Shown here piece by piece: positions 1-9,254 of a stretch of DNA of 64,000 nt; the stretch's first letter is position 1, and each line of letters begins with the position of its first letter. The stretch is from Candidatus Multivoradales bacterium (GTDB taxonomy: Bacteria; Acidobacteriota; Thermoanaerobaculia; Multivoradales; J023), in the NCBI GenBank assembly GCA_965248925.1, contig CBDFLE010000006.1, forward strand, positions 5,088,001 through 5,152,000, read 5' to 3'. A model generated the notes under the pieces. It was not told the origin of the DNA, made no database searches, and saw nothing but the letters and a program-made list of their open reading frames with translations. A program made the position numbers and the translations under genes.

Positions 1-2
1 TG

Positions 3-212
3 TTGCTCGCCGATCAAGATCTGCTGCTTGTGCTCTCGGATCGCGGCAAAGTGGCGGTGGTCGCGGCCACTCCGCAGGGCTTCTCCGAGTTGGCAAGCCT
101 GCAAGCCATCGCCGGCAAGACCTGGAACCACCCGGTAATCGCCGACGGTGTGCTCTATGTGCGCAACAGTGAGGAGATGGCAGCCTTCCGCCTACCGCTG
201 GAGCAGGGATAG
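3..212 (+). CDS. C-terminal end of a PQQ-binding-like/BamB-type beta-propeller protein (5' truncated by window)
   Basis: Tail [27 protein letters not shown] matches the last blade typical of PQQ-like propeller proteins; stop TAG at 210-212. Confidence 0.7.
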   Translation: MLADQDLLLVLSDRGKVAVVAATPQGFSELASLQAIAGKTWNHPVIADGVLYVRNSEEMAAFRLPLEQG

Positions 213-347
213 CGCTCGTCTTCTAAGGGATCAACCCGGTGGTGGATGAGCGCCGGTGAGCCAGCGCCAGATCGAGAATCTGTCGGGCGTCTTGGCGGCC
301 CGGATCCTGCCGCCGGTCAGCGTCTCGCCAGTTCGCTCAGCACAGGC

Positions 348-687
348 TCAGTGGCAGCAGCAGAGCGACCCAAGCCAGGCGGCGAAATCGCTTTGCCAAC
401 TTACTGCGACCGCGATGACCAGCGGCCGCGCGACTTCTAGGACCCTAAGAGCCGCGCCGAATGAGGCGCAAGCCAGCGCCGCCAGAATCGCCGACAAGAG
501 GTTGGCGAGGAAAGCCGTAGAACCCAGTGGAACCCAGCGGGTAAAGGCGTGATTGAGCAACAGGTAAGCGGGGTAGCCGGTGGGGTGAGGGGTTCCCAGA
601 TGCCTACCCAAGAATTGGAATTTCACCGTGTCACTCGAACCCCCGATCCCGGGTTGCAGGGTCGGCGCGTCGACGGCCGGTCTCGGT
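348..687 (-). pseudogene. Remnant of a DUF2723 (TMEM260-like membrane glycosyltransferase) gene
   Basis: Minus frame reads APTLQPGIGGSSDTVKFQFLGRHLGTPHPTGYPAYLLLNHAF...ANLLSA, the DUF2723 N-terminal HPxGYP signature. An in-frame TGA lies just upstream (~688-690) and a stop follows after about 110 codons, so the gene is broken at both ends. Confidence 0.7.
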
Positions 688-718
688 CACGCCTTTTCGC
701 TGCTGCGGGTCGAGGCGC

Positions 719-724
719 TAGGAT
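719..724 (+). promoter_or_regulatory. Putative -10 box (TAGGAT) for a leaderless CHAT transcript
   Basis: TAnnnT hexamer ends 7 nt before the in-frame GTG at 731; no Shine-Dalgarno visible. Confidence 0.4.
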
Positions 725-727
725 GCA

Positions 728-3700
728 GTGGTGAATTCACCGTCACTCCCCTGGTTAGGCCAACTGCTGAAACGCTGCCGCCCTCTTTCCGTGCTGTGCT
801 TACTGGGTGGTATTGCACTGGTCTCGGCCGGCCCTGGTGTGGCGACAAATACGGTTTCGAACCTGGCGCTGGGTGAGACTCAAGAGGGGGAAATCAGCGC
901 CGCCGAGGTCCAAACTTGGCAGATCCAGCTTCCTGGTTCGGCCGCGGTCTTGCTGCGGGTGGAGCAGTTGGGGGTTGATCTGACGGTGGCGATCAGAGAT
1001 CCGCAAGGGACGCCGCTGCTGGCGATCGACAGCCCGGTCGATCGGCTCGGCGAAGAGGTAGCGCTGCTGGAAGCCATGGAGGCTGGTCTCTACCGGATCG
1101 AGATCAGGGCTCGCGAGCTTGGTGCGCCGCCGGGGCGCTACAGCCTGCACGCCGAATCGCTGTCGGGCGACGATCGCCGCTTGCCTGCCTGGCGGCAGAT
1201 GACTCGGGCTGCTGCTGGCTATCGCGTGGGAGGCGCGGAGGGGATGCAAGCAGGGGTTGCCGCCTACCGGCGAGCACAGCAGCTGTTTGCCGCCACGATG
1301 GCCCGCCGGCCCGCGGCTGAGGCTGCGTATCGAGCCGCGGTGCTGCTGCGTTTGGTGGACGACACGGCGGCGGCGGTGGACCTCGCTAGCCGCGCTCTGG
1401 CCATGTGGCTAGCACTCGGCGAGGAGGCGCGGATGGCGGCCAATGCCTGGAATGAAATCGGCCTCGACCGCTGGGCTTTAGGCGAGGTCCCGGCGGCTCG
1501 TTCCGCGTTTCAGAGCGCGCTCGAAATCTACCGCCAGCAGGGCGAACGCTATGGCGAGGGCGCGGCCTTGGCCAACCTCTGCCTGATGGATCTGGTCGCT
1601 GGTGATTTGCGGGCCGGCTTGCATTGCTACCAGCAAGCGTTGCCGATCTTGGCTGAGGTGGGTGCGGTCGAGCTCGAGGCGGCAGCCCAGATCAGTGCCG
1701 GCCGAGCTTGGCAGGTGCTAGGCGAACTCGATCCCGCCCGCCGCAGCTACCGTCGAGCGTTGGCGATGATGGCGGCAGCTGGCAATCGTCGCGGCGAGGC
1801 GCAAGTGCTGAACAACCTGGGTGTCTTGCAGCAGAGTGCTGGTCAGCTGGAGGCTGCGCTGGGGGCTTTTGACCGTTCGCTGGAGATCTTTCGCCAGCTC
1901 GGCGAACGTCGTTGGCAGGCGCGAGTGCTGAACAATCTAGGTTTTGCTTACCAAGAACTCGGCGAGCCTCGGCGTGGCCTGGTGTTTCTCCAGCAAGCGC
2001 TGGCCGGCTGGCGGCAGGTGCAGGACCGTCGTGGTGAGATCCAGACCCTGTCCAACTTGAGCCGGGCGCGGCTCGACCTTGGCGAGCCGGTGCCAGCGAT
2101 CGAGCTGTTGCGCCAGGCGCTGGTAGAAGCCCGTGCCCTCGACGACCCGCGGGCTGAAGGGATTGCCCTCTACGAGCTGGCGCGGGCTACTGCCGAGGTT
2201 GAAGGGCAGCTTTCGCGGCGGCCTCTGGAGCTGTTCGATGCGGCGTTGCTGAAACTCGCCGCAGCTGCCGAGCGGCGCACCGAGGCTGCCGCCTTGCTGG
2301 AGCGGGGCGAGCTGCGTTTGGCACTGGCTGAACCGGCTGCCTCGGCGGCCGATATCGAGCGGGCGCTCGGCATCGCCCGCGACATCGGCGACGGTGCTGC
2401 CGAGGCTCGCGGTCTCTACTTGGCGGCCCGTCTCGACCGTGCTCGTGGTCATCCCGAAGGGGCGCGACAGCGCCTCGAAACGTCGATTGAGATCATCGAG
2501 GGCCTGCGCACTCGAATCAGCCATCCGCAGTTGCGCGCCATCTTCGCCAGCGTGCAACCGCGGGCCTACGAGCTGTTGGTCGATCTGACCATGGCGGAGC
2601 ATCGAGCGGCGCCGTCGGTGGGCCACCACCAGACCGCGTTCGAGATCAGCGAGCGCGGCCGAGCCCGTGGTCTCGCGGAGCTGCTGGCCGAGGCCCGCGC
2701 GGATCTTGGGCTAGGGGTCGATCCAGCGCTGCAAAAGCGCCGCCGAACTTTGCTCGAAAAATTGAACGCTCGCGCCGAGCGGGCGCTCCAGGGGCGCTCC
2801 GTGCTTGACGACGGAATTGCCGCTAGTGCTGAGCAATCTGAACTCCTGCGTCAGCTCGATCTGATAGAGGCTGAGATGCGTCAACGGCGGCCGGCTTTCT
2901 CGGATTTGACCCGCCCCGAGCCGCTCACCGTCGCCGAGGCGCAAGCGCAGCTAGTGGACCAGGATGGCGCCACGCGGATTGACCAGCCAGGTCCGTTGCT
3001 GCTGGTCTATAGCCTAGGGGAGCAGAGGAGTTTTCTCTGGGCCTTGACTTCTGAGTCCTTCGCCAGTTTCGAGTTGCCGCCCCGACGAGTTCTAGAAGAA
3101 GCGGTGCGGCAGCTCTACCCCCGCTTGTCGACCCTTTCGCCGGCGCAGCGGCCCGCCGAAATCAGAGCGGCGGCCAAGCTGAGCCGTCAGTTGCTCGGGC
3201 CGGTGGCTGATCTGCTGGCAGATCGGCAGCTGGTGATCGTCCCTGACGGCGCCCTGCATTACTTGCCCTGGGCGGCTTTGCCACGACCTGGGGGCAGCGC
3301 CGACGCACCGCTGCCAGCGTTGGTCGAGAGCCAGCCGCTGGTGCTGTTGCCGGCAGCACGACTGCTGGTGTCTCTGCGCCGCGACCGCAAGCCGCGAACA
3401 GCAGCGGCCAAGCGCATCGCGGTGCTTGCCGATCCGGTGTTCGACGCCGCCGATCCAAGGTTGGCCAGGGTTCTCGACAAGCCTGCGGTCGCCACCATTG
3501 CCGAGCCGTCAACCGCAGTGCAGCGCGACGGCTTGGCCCGTCTGCCATGGACTGCCGCTGAGGCACAGGCGATTGTCGAGCTAGTGCCGGCAGATCAGCT
3601 TTGGGTCGGACTGGGGCTTGCCGCTAATCGTCAGCAAGTGCTCGCCGGTCTGCTGAGTGACTACGCGGTGGTGCATCTGGCGACTCACGGCATTCTGGAC

Positions 3701-4111
3701 ACTGAGAATCCAGTCCTGTCGGGCTTGGTGTTGTCGCTGGTCGACTCCCAGGGCCAGCCGCAGCGGGGCTTCTTGCAACTCGCCGACATCTATCAACTAC
3801 GTTTAGCGGCGGACTTGGTGGTGTTGTCGGGTTGTAAGACAGCGCTGGGCAAGGAGATTCACGGCGAGGGACTGGTCGGGCTGACTCGAGGGTTTCTCTA
3901 CGCTGGTGCCTCGCGGGTGGTCGCCAGCCTGTGGCGGGTGGAGGACCGCGCCACCGCCGAGTTGATGAGCCGGTTTTACCGGGCGTTGTGGCGGCAAGGG
4001 CTCGATCCGGCATCGGCCCTACGTGCTGCGCAAATCTCGATTCGAGCTGAGCGGCGCTGGCGTGATCCATATTTCTGGGCCGGGTGGGTGCTGATCGGTG
4101 ATTGGCGCTAG
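728..4111 (+). CDS. TPR-CHAT (caspase-like) protease, probably exported
   Basis: Hydrophobic N-terminal stretch (LSVLCLLGGIALVSAG), PPC-like beta domain, many TPR repeats (e.g. EAQVLNNLG, QARVLNNLG), CHAT catalytic motifs VVHLATHG and VVLSGCKT, C-terminal PYFWAGWVLIG. Start may be GTG 731. Confidence 0.93.
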   Translation: MVNSPSLPWLGQLLKRCRPLSVLCLLGGIALVSAGPGVATNTVSNLALGETQEGEISAAEVQTWQIQLPGSAAVLLRVEQLGVDLTVAIRDPQGTPLLAIDSPVDRLGEEVALLEAMEAGLYRIEIRARELGAPPGRYSLHAESLSGDDRRLPAWRQMTRAAAGYRVGGAEGMQAGVAAYRRAQQLFAATMARRPAAEAAYRAAVLLRLVDDTAAAVDLASRALAMWLALGEEARMAANAWNEIGLDRWALGEVPAARSAFQSALEIYRQQGERYGEGAALANLCLMDLVAGDLRAGLHCYQQALPILAEVGAVELEAAAQISAGRAWQVLGELDPARRSYRRALAMMAAAGNRRGEAQVLNNLGVLQQSAGQLEAALGAFDRSLEIFRQLGERRWQARVLNNLGFAYQELGEPRRGLVFLQQALAGWRQVQDRRGEIQTLSNLSRARLDLGEPVPAIELLRQALVEARALDDPRAEGIALYELARATAEVEGQLSRRPLELFDAALLKLAAAAERRTEAAALLERGELRLALAEPAASAADIERALGIARDIGDGAAEARGLYLAARLDRARGHPEGARQRLETSIEIIEGLRTRISHPQLRAIFASVQPRAYELLVDLTMAEHRAAPSVGHHQTAFEISERGRARGLAELLAEARADLGLGVDPALQKRRRTLLEKLNARAERALQGRSVLDDGIAASAEQSELLRQLDLIEAEMRQRRPAFSDLTRPEPLTVAEAQAQLVDQDGATRIDQPGPLLLVYSLGEQRSFLWALTSESFASFELPPRRVLEEAVRQLYPRLSTLSPAQRPAEIRAAAKLSRQLLGPVADLLADRQLVIVPDGALHYLPWAALPRPGGSADAPLPALVESQPLVLLPAARLLVSLRRDRKPRTAAAKRIAVLADPVFDAADPRLARVLDKPAVATIAEPSTAVQRDGLARLPWTAAEAQAIVELVPADQLWVGLGLAANRQQVLAGLLSDYAVVHLATHGILDTENPVLSGLVLSLVDSQGQPQRGFLQLADIYQLRLAADLVVLSGCKTALGKEIHGEGLVGLTRGFLYAGASRVVASLWRVEDRATAELMSRFYRALWRQGLDPASALRAAQISIRAERRWRDPYFWAGWVLIGDWR

Positions 4112-4220
4112 CTTCGGTCCGAGAAAGTACCCTGCCAGGGTGCGATCGATCGGTCTCCCGTCCCACAGAGTGATTGAGAACACGGGTCAGATTCGGTCCC
4201 AGAACAACAAGGAGAGTGCC

Positions 4221-4592
4221 ATGACCTTGAGTGATTACGTAGGTAGCTACTGTGTGCGGACTGCCAATTTGGGAGTTCCAGTGGGTTGGATTTACGCCGG
4301 GCCGTCAGTGGTGGTGGGGCAGATGGTGGTGATCGCCAGCAGTGGCGAGGACAAAGCGATCGTCACCATCGACGGTCAAGACTTCGACTTCGACTGGTCG
4401 GACGCAAGCCAGACTCTGCAAAGATCGTTCGATGTCATCGCCGCCCCACCGGGATCCTCAGCGGAATTCCTACCGGCCCTCAACCAGATCTCCCTGATCG
4501 AAAATGGCAAATTCAAAGCGATCTACGCCGCCAGCATAGCCGGCGATCCACAGCAGGTCGGGGTTTGGGGCGCGGACAACGGCGGCGGCTGA
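4221..4592 (+). CDS. Small hypothetical protein (123 aa)
   Basis: Clear RBS (AAGGAGAG) before ATG 4221; fills the gap between the CHAT and sigma genes; ends GDPQQVGVWGADNGGG; no family recognised. Confidence 0.7.
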   Translation: MTLSDYVGSYCVRTANLGVPVGWIYAGPSVVVGQMVVIASSGEDKAIVTIDGQDFDFDWSDASQTLQRSFDVIAAPPGSSAEFLPALNQISLIENGKFKAIYAASIAGDPQQVGVWGADNGGG

Positions 4593-4657
4593 GAATGCCC
4601 TGAGCGTCCTGGTCGCGGATCGGCCGCGGATCGAGTTGGGTGCTCGGTTACAATGGC

Positions 4658-4705
4658 GGCTCATGACTGGCAAGGCTCATGACTGGCAAGGCTCATGACT
4701 GGCAA
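4658..4705 (+). repeat. Three exact tandem copies of 16-bp GGCTCATGACTGGCAA spanning the sigma start codon
   Basis: Read directly: 4658-4673, 4674-4689, 4690-4705. A TACAAT -10-like box sits at 4649-4654. Confidence 0.95.
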
Positions 4706-5384
4706 TAAAGTGCTGTCCGGACAGTCTTCGCCGCCGCTTGCGGCAGCGGGGCCTGAGTCGCTAGTGAGTCGGATCGAGGCCGGAGACCCGCAGGCCGAAG
4801 AAGACTTGGTGGTTCGCTATGGGCGCTCCGTGGCACTGCTTCTGCAACGGCATACTGGCGGCCGACCGGAGGCCGAGGATCTCTTTCAGGACACTTTTGC
4901 GGTGGCCCTGACCCAACTGCGCCGGGGCGAGTTGCGACAGCCGTCACGGCTGCCTGGATACCTCGCCGGCATCGCCCGCAGCTTGGCCATCGAGCAGTAC
5001 CGCAAGGCTGCGCGGCGCAAGACCGAGCCCAACACCGAGGCGGTGGACGGCCGGGCGAAGGCGCCCGCCGGGCAGCTCGGCGAGTTACTCAGCTCGGAAA
5101 CCGCCAGCCTGGTGCGCCGTCTGCTCGATGGGCTGCGTAACGAGCGTGATCGCGAGTTGCTTTTCCGCTTTTATGTTGCTGAGGAAGAACGTGGCACGAT
5201 CGCCGCTGACTTTGGTCTCGACAGTCTGCAATTCAATCGCGTCCTGCACCGAGCACGGCAGCGCTACAAGACGCTTTATTTGGCCCACCAAAACGGTTTG
5301 GACGGCCAGCGACGGACCTTCCTAAAGGTCGCTAATATTCTTCTTCTGCTGACCTTGGTGCGGGCCCTTGGAGATCCTCGGTGA
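4695..5384 (+). CDS. ECF sigma-70 family sigma factor
   Basis: Region 2 motif EAEDLFQDTF...YLAGIARSL and region 4 motif ERDRELLFRFY...IAADFGL...VLHRARQR; stop overlaps the anti-sigma start. Confidence 0.9.
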   Translation: MTGNKVLSGQSSPPLAAAGPESLVSRIEAGDPQAEEDLVVRYGRSVALLLQRHTGGRPEAEDLFQDTFAVALTQLRRGELRQPSRLPGYLAGIARSLAIEQYRKAARRKTEPNTEAVDGRAKAPAGQLGELLSSETASLVRRLLDGLRNERDRELLFRFYVAEEERGTIAADFGLDSLQFNRVLHRARQRYKTLYLAHQNGLDGQRRTFLKVANILLLLTLVRALGDPR

Positions 5385-6247
5385 TGGATCACGGTTACAT
5401 CGAAGAGCAAGCGCTGATCGAGCGCTACTTTCGTGGTGATTTGCCAGCTGTCGAGGAAGCAGCTTTCGAACAACACTTCTTCGCTTGTGAGCGCTGCCAG
5501 GGCGAGCTCGAGGTGGCGCGGGAAATGGGGCGTGGACTGAAGGCGGTGGCGGCTCAGCAGGCGGTCCGACCGGCCGTCGTGTCAGGAGCTGTACTCGGTT
5601 GGCTGGCCCGCCGCTCGGCTCTCCAGCTGGGTCTGCTGGCGGCGACTCTGTTGGCGGCCTTGGCCCTACCCCTGTTGGTTTTCTATGGCCAGCAGCGCGA
5701 ACTCGACGAGCAGCTACTCGCCGCCCATTCCACCACTCAAGAACTGCGGCAAGACCTGGTCGATGAACGTCAGCGAGCCAACCAGGCCAGCCAGCGTCTG
5801 GTCGTTTCCGCGAGTGATTGGCAAGCACAGCGTCAGCAACTCGAGGAGAAGCTCAAGGAACTCGCTGCCAGCGAATCACCAGCTACGGGGCTGTCCCAGC
5901 CGCTGGTCGACGCGGCGGTCTACCTGCTGGCCGCCATGCGTGACTCGGCGGCGCGGCCAGTGGTGGTTGTGCGCCGGCCGAGCGCTGCGGAGGGCGCCTT
6001 CAGCTTGGCCGTCGATGTGGGTGCCGCTGCCTACGATAGCTATCGCGTAACCATTGTCGATGGTGATGGCGAGCGCCGTTTCGAGCGTGCAGGCTTGAAG
6101 CTCAACGTCCTGGAAGTGGTGATGGTCACTTTCCCCGCTCGCTTCCTCTCGCCGGGCGACTATCGCCTCGAGCTTGCCGGTCGCGAGCCTGGTGGCAAGC
6201 TCACGGTGTTGGCGAGCCACCGTTTTCGCGTTGCCGGGGATTCTTGA
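5381..6247 (+). CDS. zf-HC2 (ZAS) membrane-anchored anti-sigma factor
   Basis: HFFACERC = HxxxCxxC; one TM helix (LGLLAATLLAALALPLLVFYG); coiled coil; C-terminal beta domain; coupled to the sigma gene. Confidence 0.88.
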   Translation: MMDHGYIEEQALIERYFRGDLPAVEEAAFEQHFFACERCQGELEVAREMGRGLKAVAAQQAVRPAVVSGAVLGWLARRSALQLGLLAATLLAALALPLLVFYGQQRELDEQLLAAHSTTQELRQDLVDERQRANQASQRLVVSASDWQAQRQQLEEKLKELAASESPATGLSQPLVDAAVYLLAAMRDSAARPVVVVRRPSAAEGAFSLAVDVGAAAYDSYRVTIVDGDGERRFERAGLKLNVLEVVMVTFPARFLSPGDYRLELAGREPGGKLTVLASHRFRVAGDS

Positions 6248-6373
6248 TCACCCGCTGCTTGAAGTTTCTCTTCGGGGGCGTTGCCCTGGCCTTTTTGCCG
6301 CTAGAATCGCCTTCATCCGGGCCGGCTCTGCTGCTGGCCCAAACCTTCGAACCGCTAGTTGTGGGGACACACG

Positions 6374-7138
6374 ATGGACTTTTCGCTCGATCACATCGTT
6401 ACCTTGGGGCTTCTGGTCCTGCTTCAGGCGGTGCTTGGCTTCGACAATCTGCTCTACATTTCGCTCGAATCGAAGCGCGCCCCGGCCGACCAGCAGGCGC
6501 GGGTTCGGCGGCTCGGCATCGGTTTGGCGATCGGCTTGCGGATCGTCCTGCTCTTTGTGCTGATCAAGCTGATTGCGGTCTTCGAGAAGCCGGTGTTTGG
6601 TCTCCATTGGTCGGGTGTGGCCGAGGGTGAATTCAACATTCACAGCTTGATAGTGCTCCTTGGCGGCGCTTTTATCCTCTATACCGCGACCAAGGAAATC
6701 CTCCACATGATGAAACTAGAGCACGATGGGTACGCCGCGGCTAGCGCCACATCGGTGGGCAAGATCATCTTCTGGATCGTCGTCATGAACCTGGTGTTCT
6801 CGTTCGACTCGATTCTCTCGGCGATGGCTTTGAGCGATGTTTTCTGGGTAATGGCGACGGCGATCGTGATCAGTGGCTTGCTGATGATCTGGCTCAGCGA
6901 TCGCGTGGCGACCTTTCTGCAGAAGAATCGCATGTACGAGGTTTTGGGCCTCTTCGTGCTCTTCGTCGTCGGTATCCTGCTGCTCTCCGAGGGCGGCCAC
7001 CTGGCCCACTTGCAGCTGTTCGGCAATCCGGTGACGCCGATGACCAAGACCACCTTCTACTTCGTCATCGGTGTCCTGGTGCTGACCGACATCGTCCAGT
7101 CGCGCTATCAGAAGAAGCTGCTGCGCGAACAGTCCTGA
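6374..7138 (+). CDS. TerC-family integral membrane protein
   Basis: LQAVLGFDNLLYI and MNLVFSFDSILSA motifs with multiple TM helices; -10-like TAGAAT near 6302. Confidence 0.9.
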   Translation: MDFSLDHIVTLGLLVLLQAVLGFDNLLYISLESKRAPADQQARVRRLGIGLAIGLRIVLLFVLIKLIAVFEKPVFGLHWSGVAEGEFNIHSLIVLLGGAFILYTATKEILHMMKLEHDGYAAASATSVGKIIFWIVVMNLVFSFDSILSAMALSDVFWVMATAIVISGLLMIWLSDRVATFLQKNRMYEVLGLFVLFVVGILLLSEGGHLAHLQLFGNPVTPMTKTTFYFVIGVLVLTDIVQSRYQKKLLREQS

Positions 7139-7275
7139 AATCGGGCTGCGAAGCCGGTCTAGGGGAATCTGGATATCGAAGCGGTCTCTGAATGTCGGCC
7201 TTGGCACTCTTGGGGATCCCTCGACGATGGCAGTTTTCAATCGATGGACTCTCGGCGGCTTCCCAAGCCTAGCTT

Positions 7276-7408
7276 GCCCGAGTCGGCGGCGATGGGCCGT
7301 GGGCAGCGAGGCCTGAATATTCCGGCGGACTGGTCGAAAGACCTGGCCCGCGGGCCGGAGCTTGCTGGGCTTGGTCGGGGCGGATAGGCTGATTGCCGTC
7401 AGAGTCAA
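7276..7408. repeat. 133-bp intergenic direct repeat, copy 1
   Basis: Matches 9255-9387 with 6 substitutions by hand alignment; contains hairpin GGTC-GAAA-GACC and palindrome GGCCCGCGGGCC. Confidence 0.93.
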
Positions 7409-7589
7409 CGGGGTTCGCTCAAGTTTCGAGATCTATTGGGAGCGAACGGTGACTCATTTGCTGGAGCTTCTTCTGGCTCATTTGCGTCGCCGGTCGGATC
7501 AGCAGGACGTAGTGGATAAGGGGCCCACATTTCGGTAGCCTAGAGGTGAAGCGTTGGAGCCCCTCCTCCAAGACCCTCTCGGAGAGGTC

Positions 7590-7961
7590 ATGTCGGTACC
7601 CAGCAGCATGAGAAAAATCCTCAAGAGCCTCGGTACTTTAGGTCGACAATCGGTCAGTGTCGCGTCGAGTTCCTTGGTCGAAGTAGGGCCGATGCCTCCG
7701 CGCCAGACTTTGCCTTGGAAGATTCGTGCGACCCGGCCCGAGGTCAGCCTGCTATTCCGGGCGGCGGATAACCGCGAGTTTATCCGCCAGCCTGACCTGC
7801 GCCAGGCTTATCGTCAGGAGACGATCAGCTTTCCTTGGCGGGCAGGAGTCCTGCTGATGCTCGACAACCTGACGGTGGCCCATGGCCGGGAGCCGGTCGA
7901 GGGCGATCGCAAAGTGGCGGTCGGCATGTCGGAGCCCGGTAGTTGGAGCGGGTTGGGATGA
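7590..7961 (+). pseudogene. Internally deleted paralogue of the TauD/SyrP hydroxylase at 10992
   Basis: About 67 N-terminal residues (KSLG...SSSLVE...QTLPWKI.ATRP.VSLL) are fused in frame to about 55 C-terminal residues (DLRQAY...LLMLDNLTVAHGR...EPGSWS). The HxE iron ligands are absent. About 60 bp of upstream DNA is also homologous. Confidence 0.88.
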
Positions 7962-9217
7962 GCTTGGCGAGGGGCTGGCGCCGGCCGATCTTTTGGCTGG
8001 CAATGATGCTCGGCCTACTTGCCTTGTTCGAGTTGAGTTCACTCCTGGGGCTGCTGATTCTCGGGGAGTCACCGTTCAGCGTGGCGCGGAGCCGGGGAAT
8101 GCTGCTCAGCGGGGTCGTTAACCTGGAGTCACCGCGTCGAGTGCGTTCGGTGCTACACCCTCTTATTGGTTACGTCCGTGAGGAGACCGGCGCGGGAGCA
8201 GCAATGCCGGGACCGAGCCTCGAAAGAGCCCGGTCGGTTTACGGCACGGTCAATCGCGATCCGGCTGTGCCACGGCGGGGTGCCGGGCAGGTGATCGTGG
8301 CGTTGACCGGCGGCTCGGTGGCACAGCAAGTAGCCGATCTCGGCGGTGAAGTGCTGGTGCGGCGCTTGCAGAGGTCGCGGCGCTATGCCGGCAAAGAGGT
8401 GCTCGTCGTGAGCCTCGCGGCCGGCGGTTTCAAACAACCGCAACAGCTGATGGGTTTGCAGTACTTGTTGGTTCTCGGTGCTGAGATCGATGTGCTGGTC
8501 AACCTCGATGGTTTCAATGAGGTGGCGCTGCATCCGTTCGAGAACGCACCCAGCCGGACTTTCTATGCCTACCCCAGACTGTGGCAAGCGATGACCGGCA
8601 TCCTCTATCGCGACAATGCTCGGATCCTCGGCAAGCTTGCTTTCTTTCGCTCTCTTAGACTCCGCTGGGCAGCCTACTTCGAGCAATCATTCGGCGGTCG
8701 TACAGCCTCTGGAAACCTGCTTTGGGAAGTTGGGAACCGGATGATCGATCGACGGGTTCTCAAGGCGGGAACGGCCTTGAGGTTGATCGAAGAACAGCAA
8801 GCCCTGGCCGCAGGCGCCGGCCCGCCGACCGGCGAGGCGCAGATGTACCAGCAATTGGTCGAGCTGTGGACAGAAGCCTCAATGCAGTTGGATCGGCTGT
8901 GTCGGGCCAACGGAATTCGCTATTTTCATTTTCTGCAGCCCAATCAGTACGTTGTCGGCTCGAAGCCGATGAGCGCCGAAGAACGCTCGCTGGCCATCTC
9001 TGAGGGACAGGGGTATCGGGTGGGCGCTGAGTTCGGCTATCCCTTGCTGATCGAGGCGGGCCGCAGCAAGCTGCAGGGTGCGGTGGCCTACACCGATCTG
9101 ACAATGCTCTTCGCCGAAACTCGAGAAGTGGTCTATACCGACGACTGCTGCCACTTCAATCGCCGAGGGGTGCGAAAAATCGCCCAGCGGATTGCCGATG
9201 AGATCCTGCGCCTCTGA
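7958..9217 (+). CDS. Membrane-anchored SGNH-hydrolase-like protein
   Basis: N-terminal TM helix, VALTGGSVA (block I-like), LDGFNE (block III-like), DDCCHFN (DxxH); ATGA overlap with the upstream stop. Confidence 0.65.
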   Translation: MSLARGWRRPIFWLAMMLGLLALFELSSLLGLLILGESPFSVARSRGMLLSGVVNLESPRRVRSVLHPLIGYVREETGAGAAMPGPSLERARSVYGTVNRDPAVPRRGAGQVIVALTGGSVAQQVADLGGEVLVRRLQRSRRYAGKEVLVVSLAAGGFKQPQQLMGLQYLLVLGAEIDVLVNLDGFNEVALHPFENAPSRTFYAYPRLWQAMTGILYRDNARILGKLAFFRSLRLRWAAYFEQSFGGRTASGNLLWEVGNRMIDRRVLKAGTALRLIEEQQALAAGAGPPTGEAQMYQQLVELWTEASMQLDRLCRANGIRYFHFLQPNQYVVGSKPMSAEERSLAISEGQGYRVGAEFGYPLLIEAGRSKLQGAVAYTDLTMLFAETREVVYTDDCCHFNRRGVRKIAQRIADEILRL

Positions 9218-9254
9218 TCAGGCTTGGGTACCGTTGGACCGGAGCCGTCGGCCC

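Noticed and set aside
4658-4705. CRISPR array next to a CHAT protease (Craspase-like)
   Set aside because: The repeats are 16 bp, directly tandem with no spacers, and no cas genes are in the window.
7276-7408. c-di-GMP-I riboswitch (GAAA tetraloop hairpin)
   Set aside because: Lacks the GGCAAAC/GACGCAAAG core, and the tetraloop is TAAA in copy 2.
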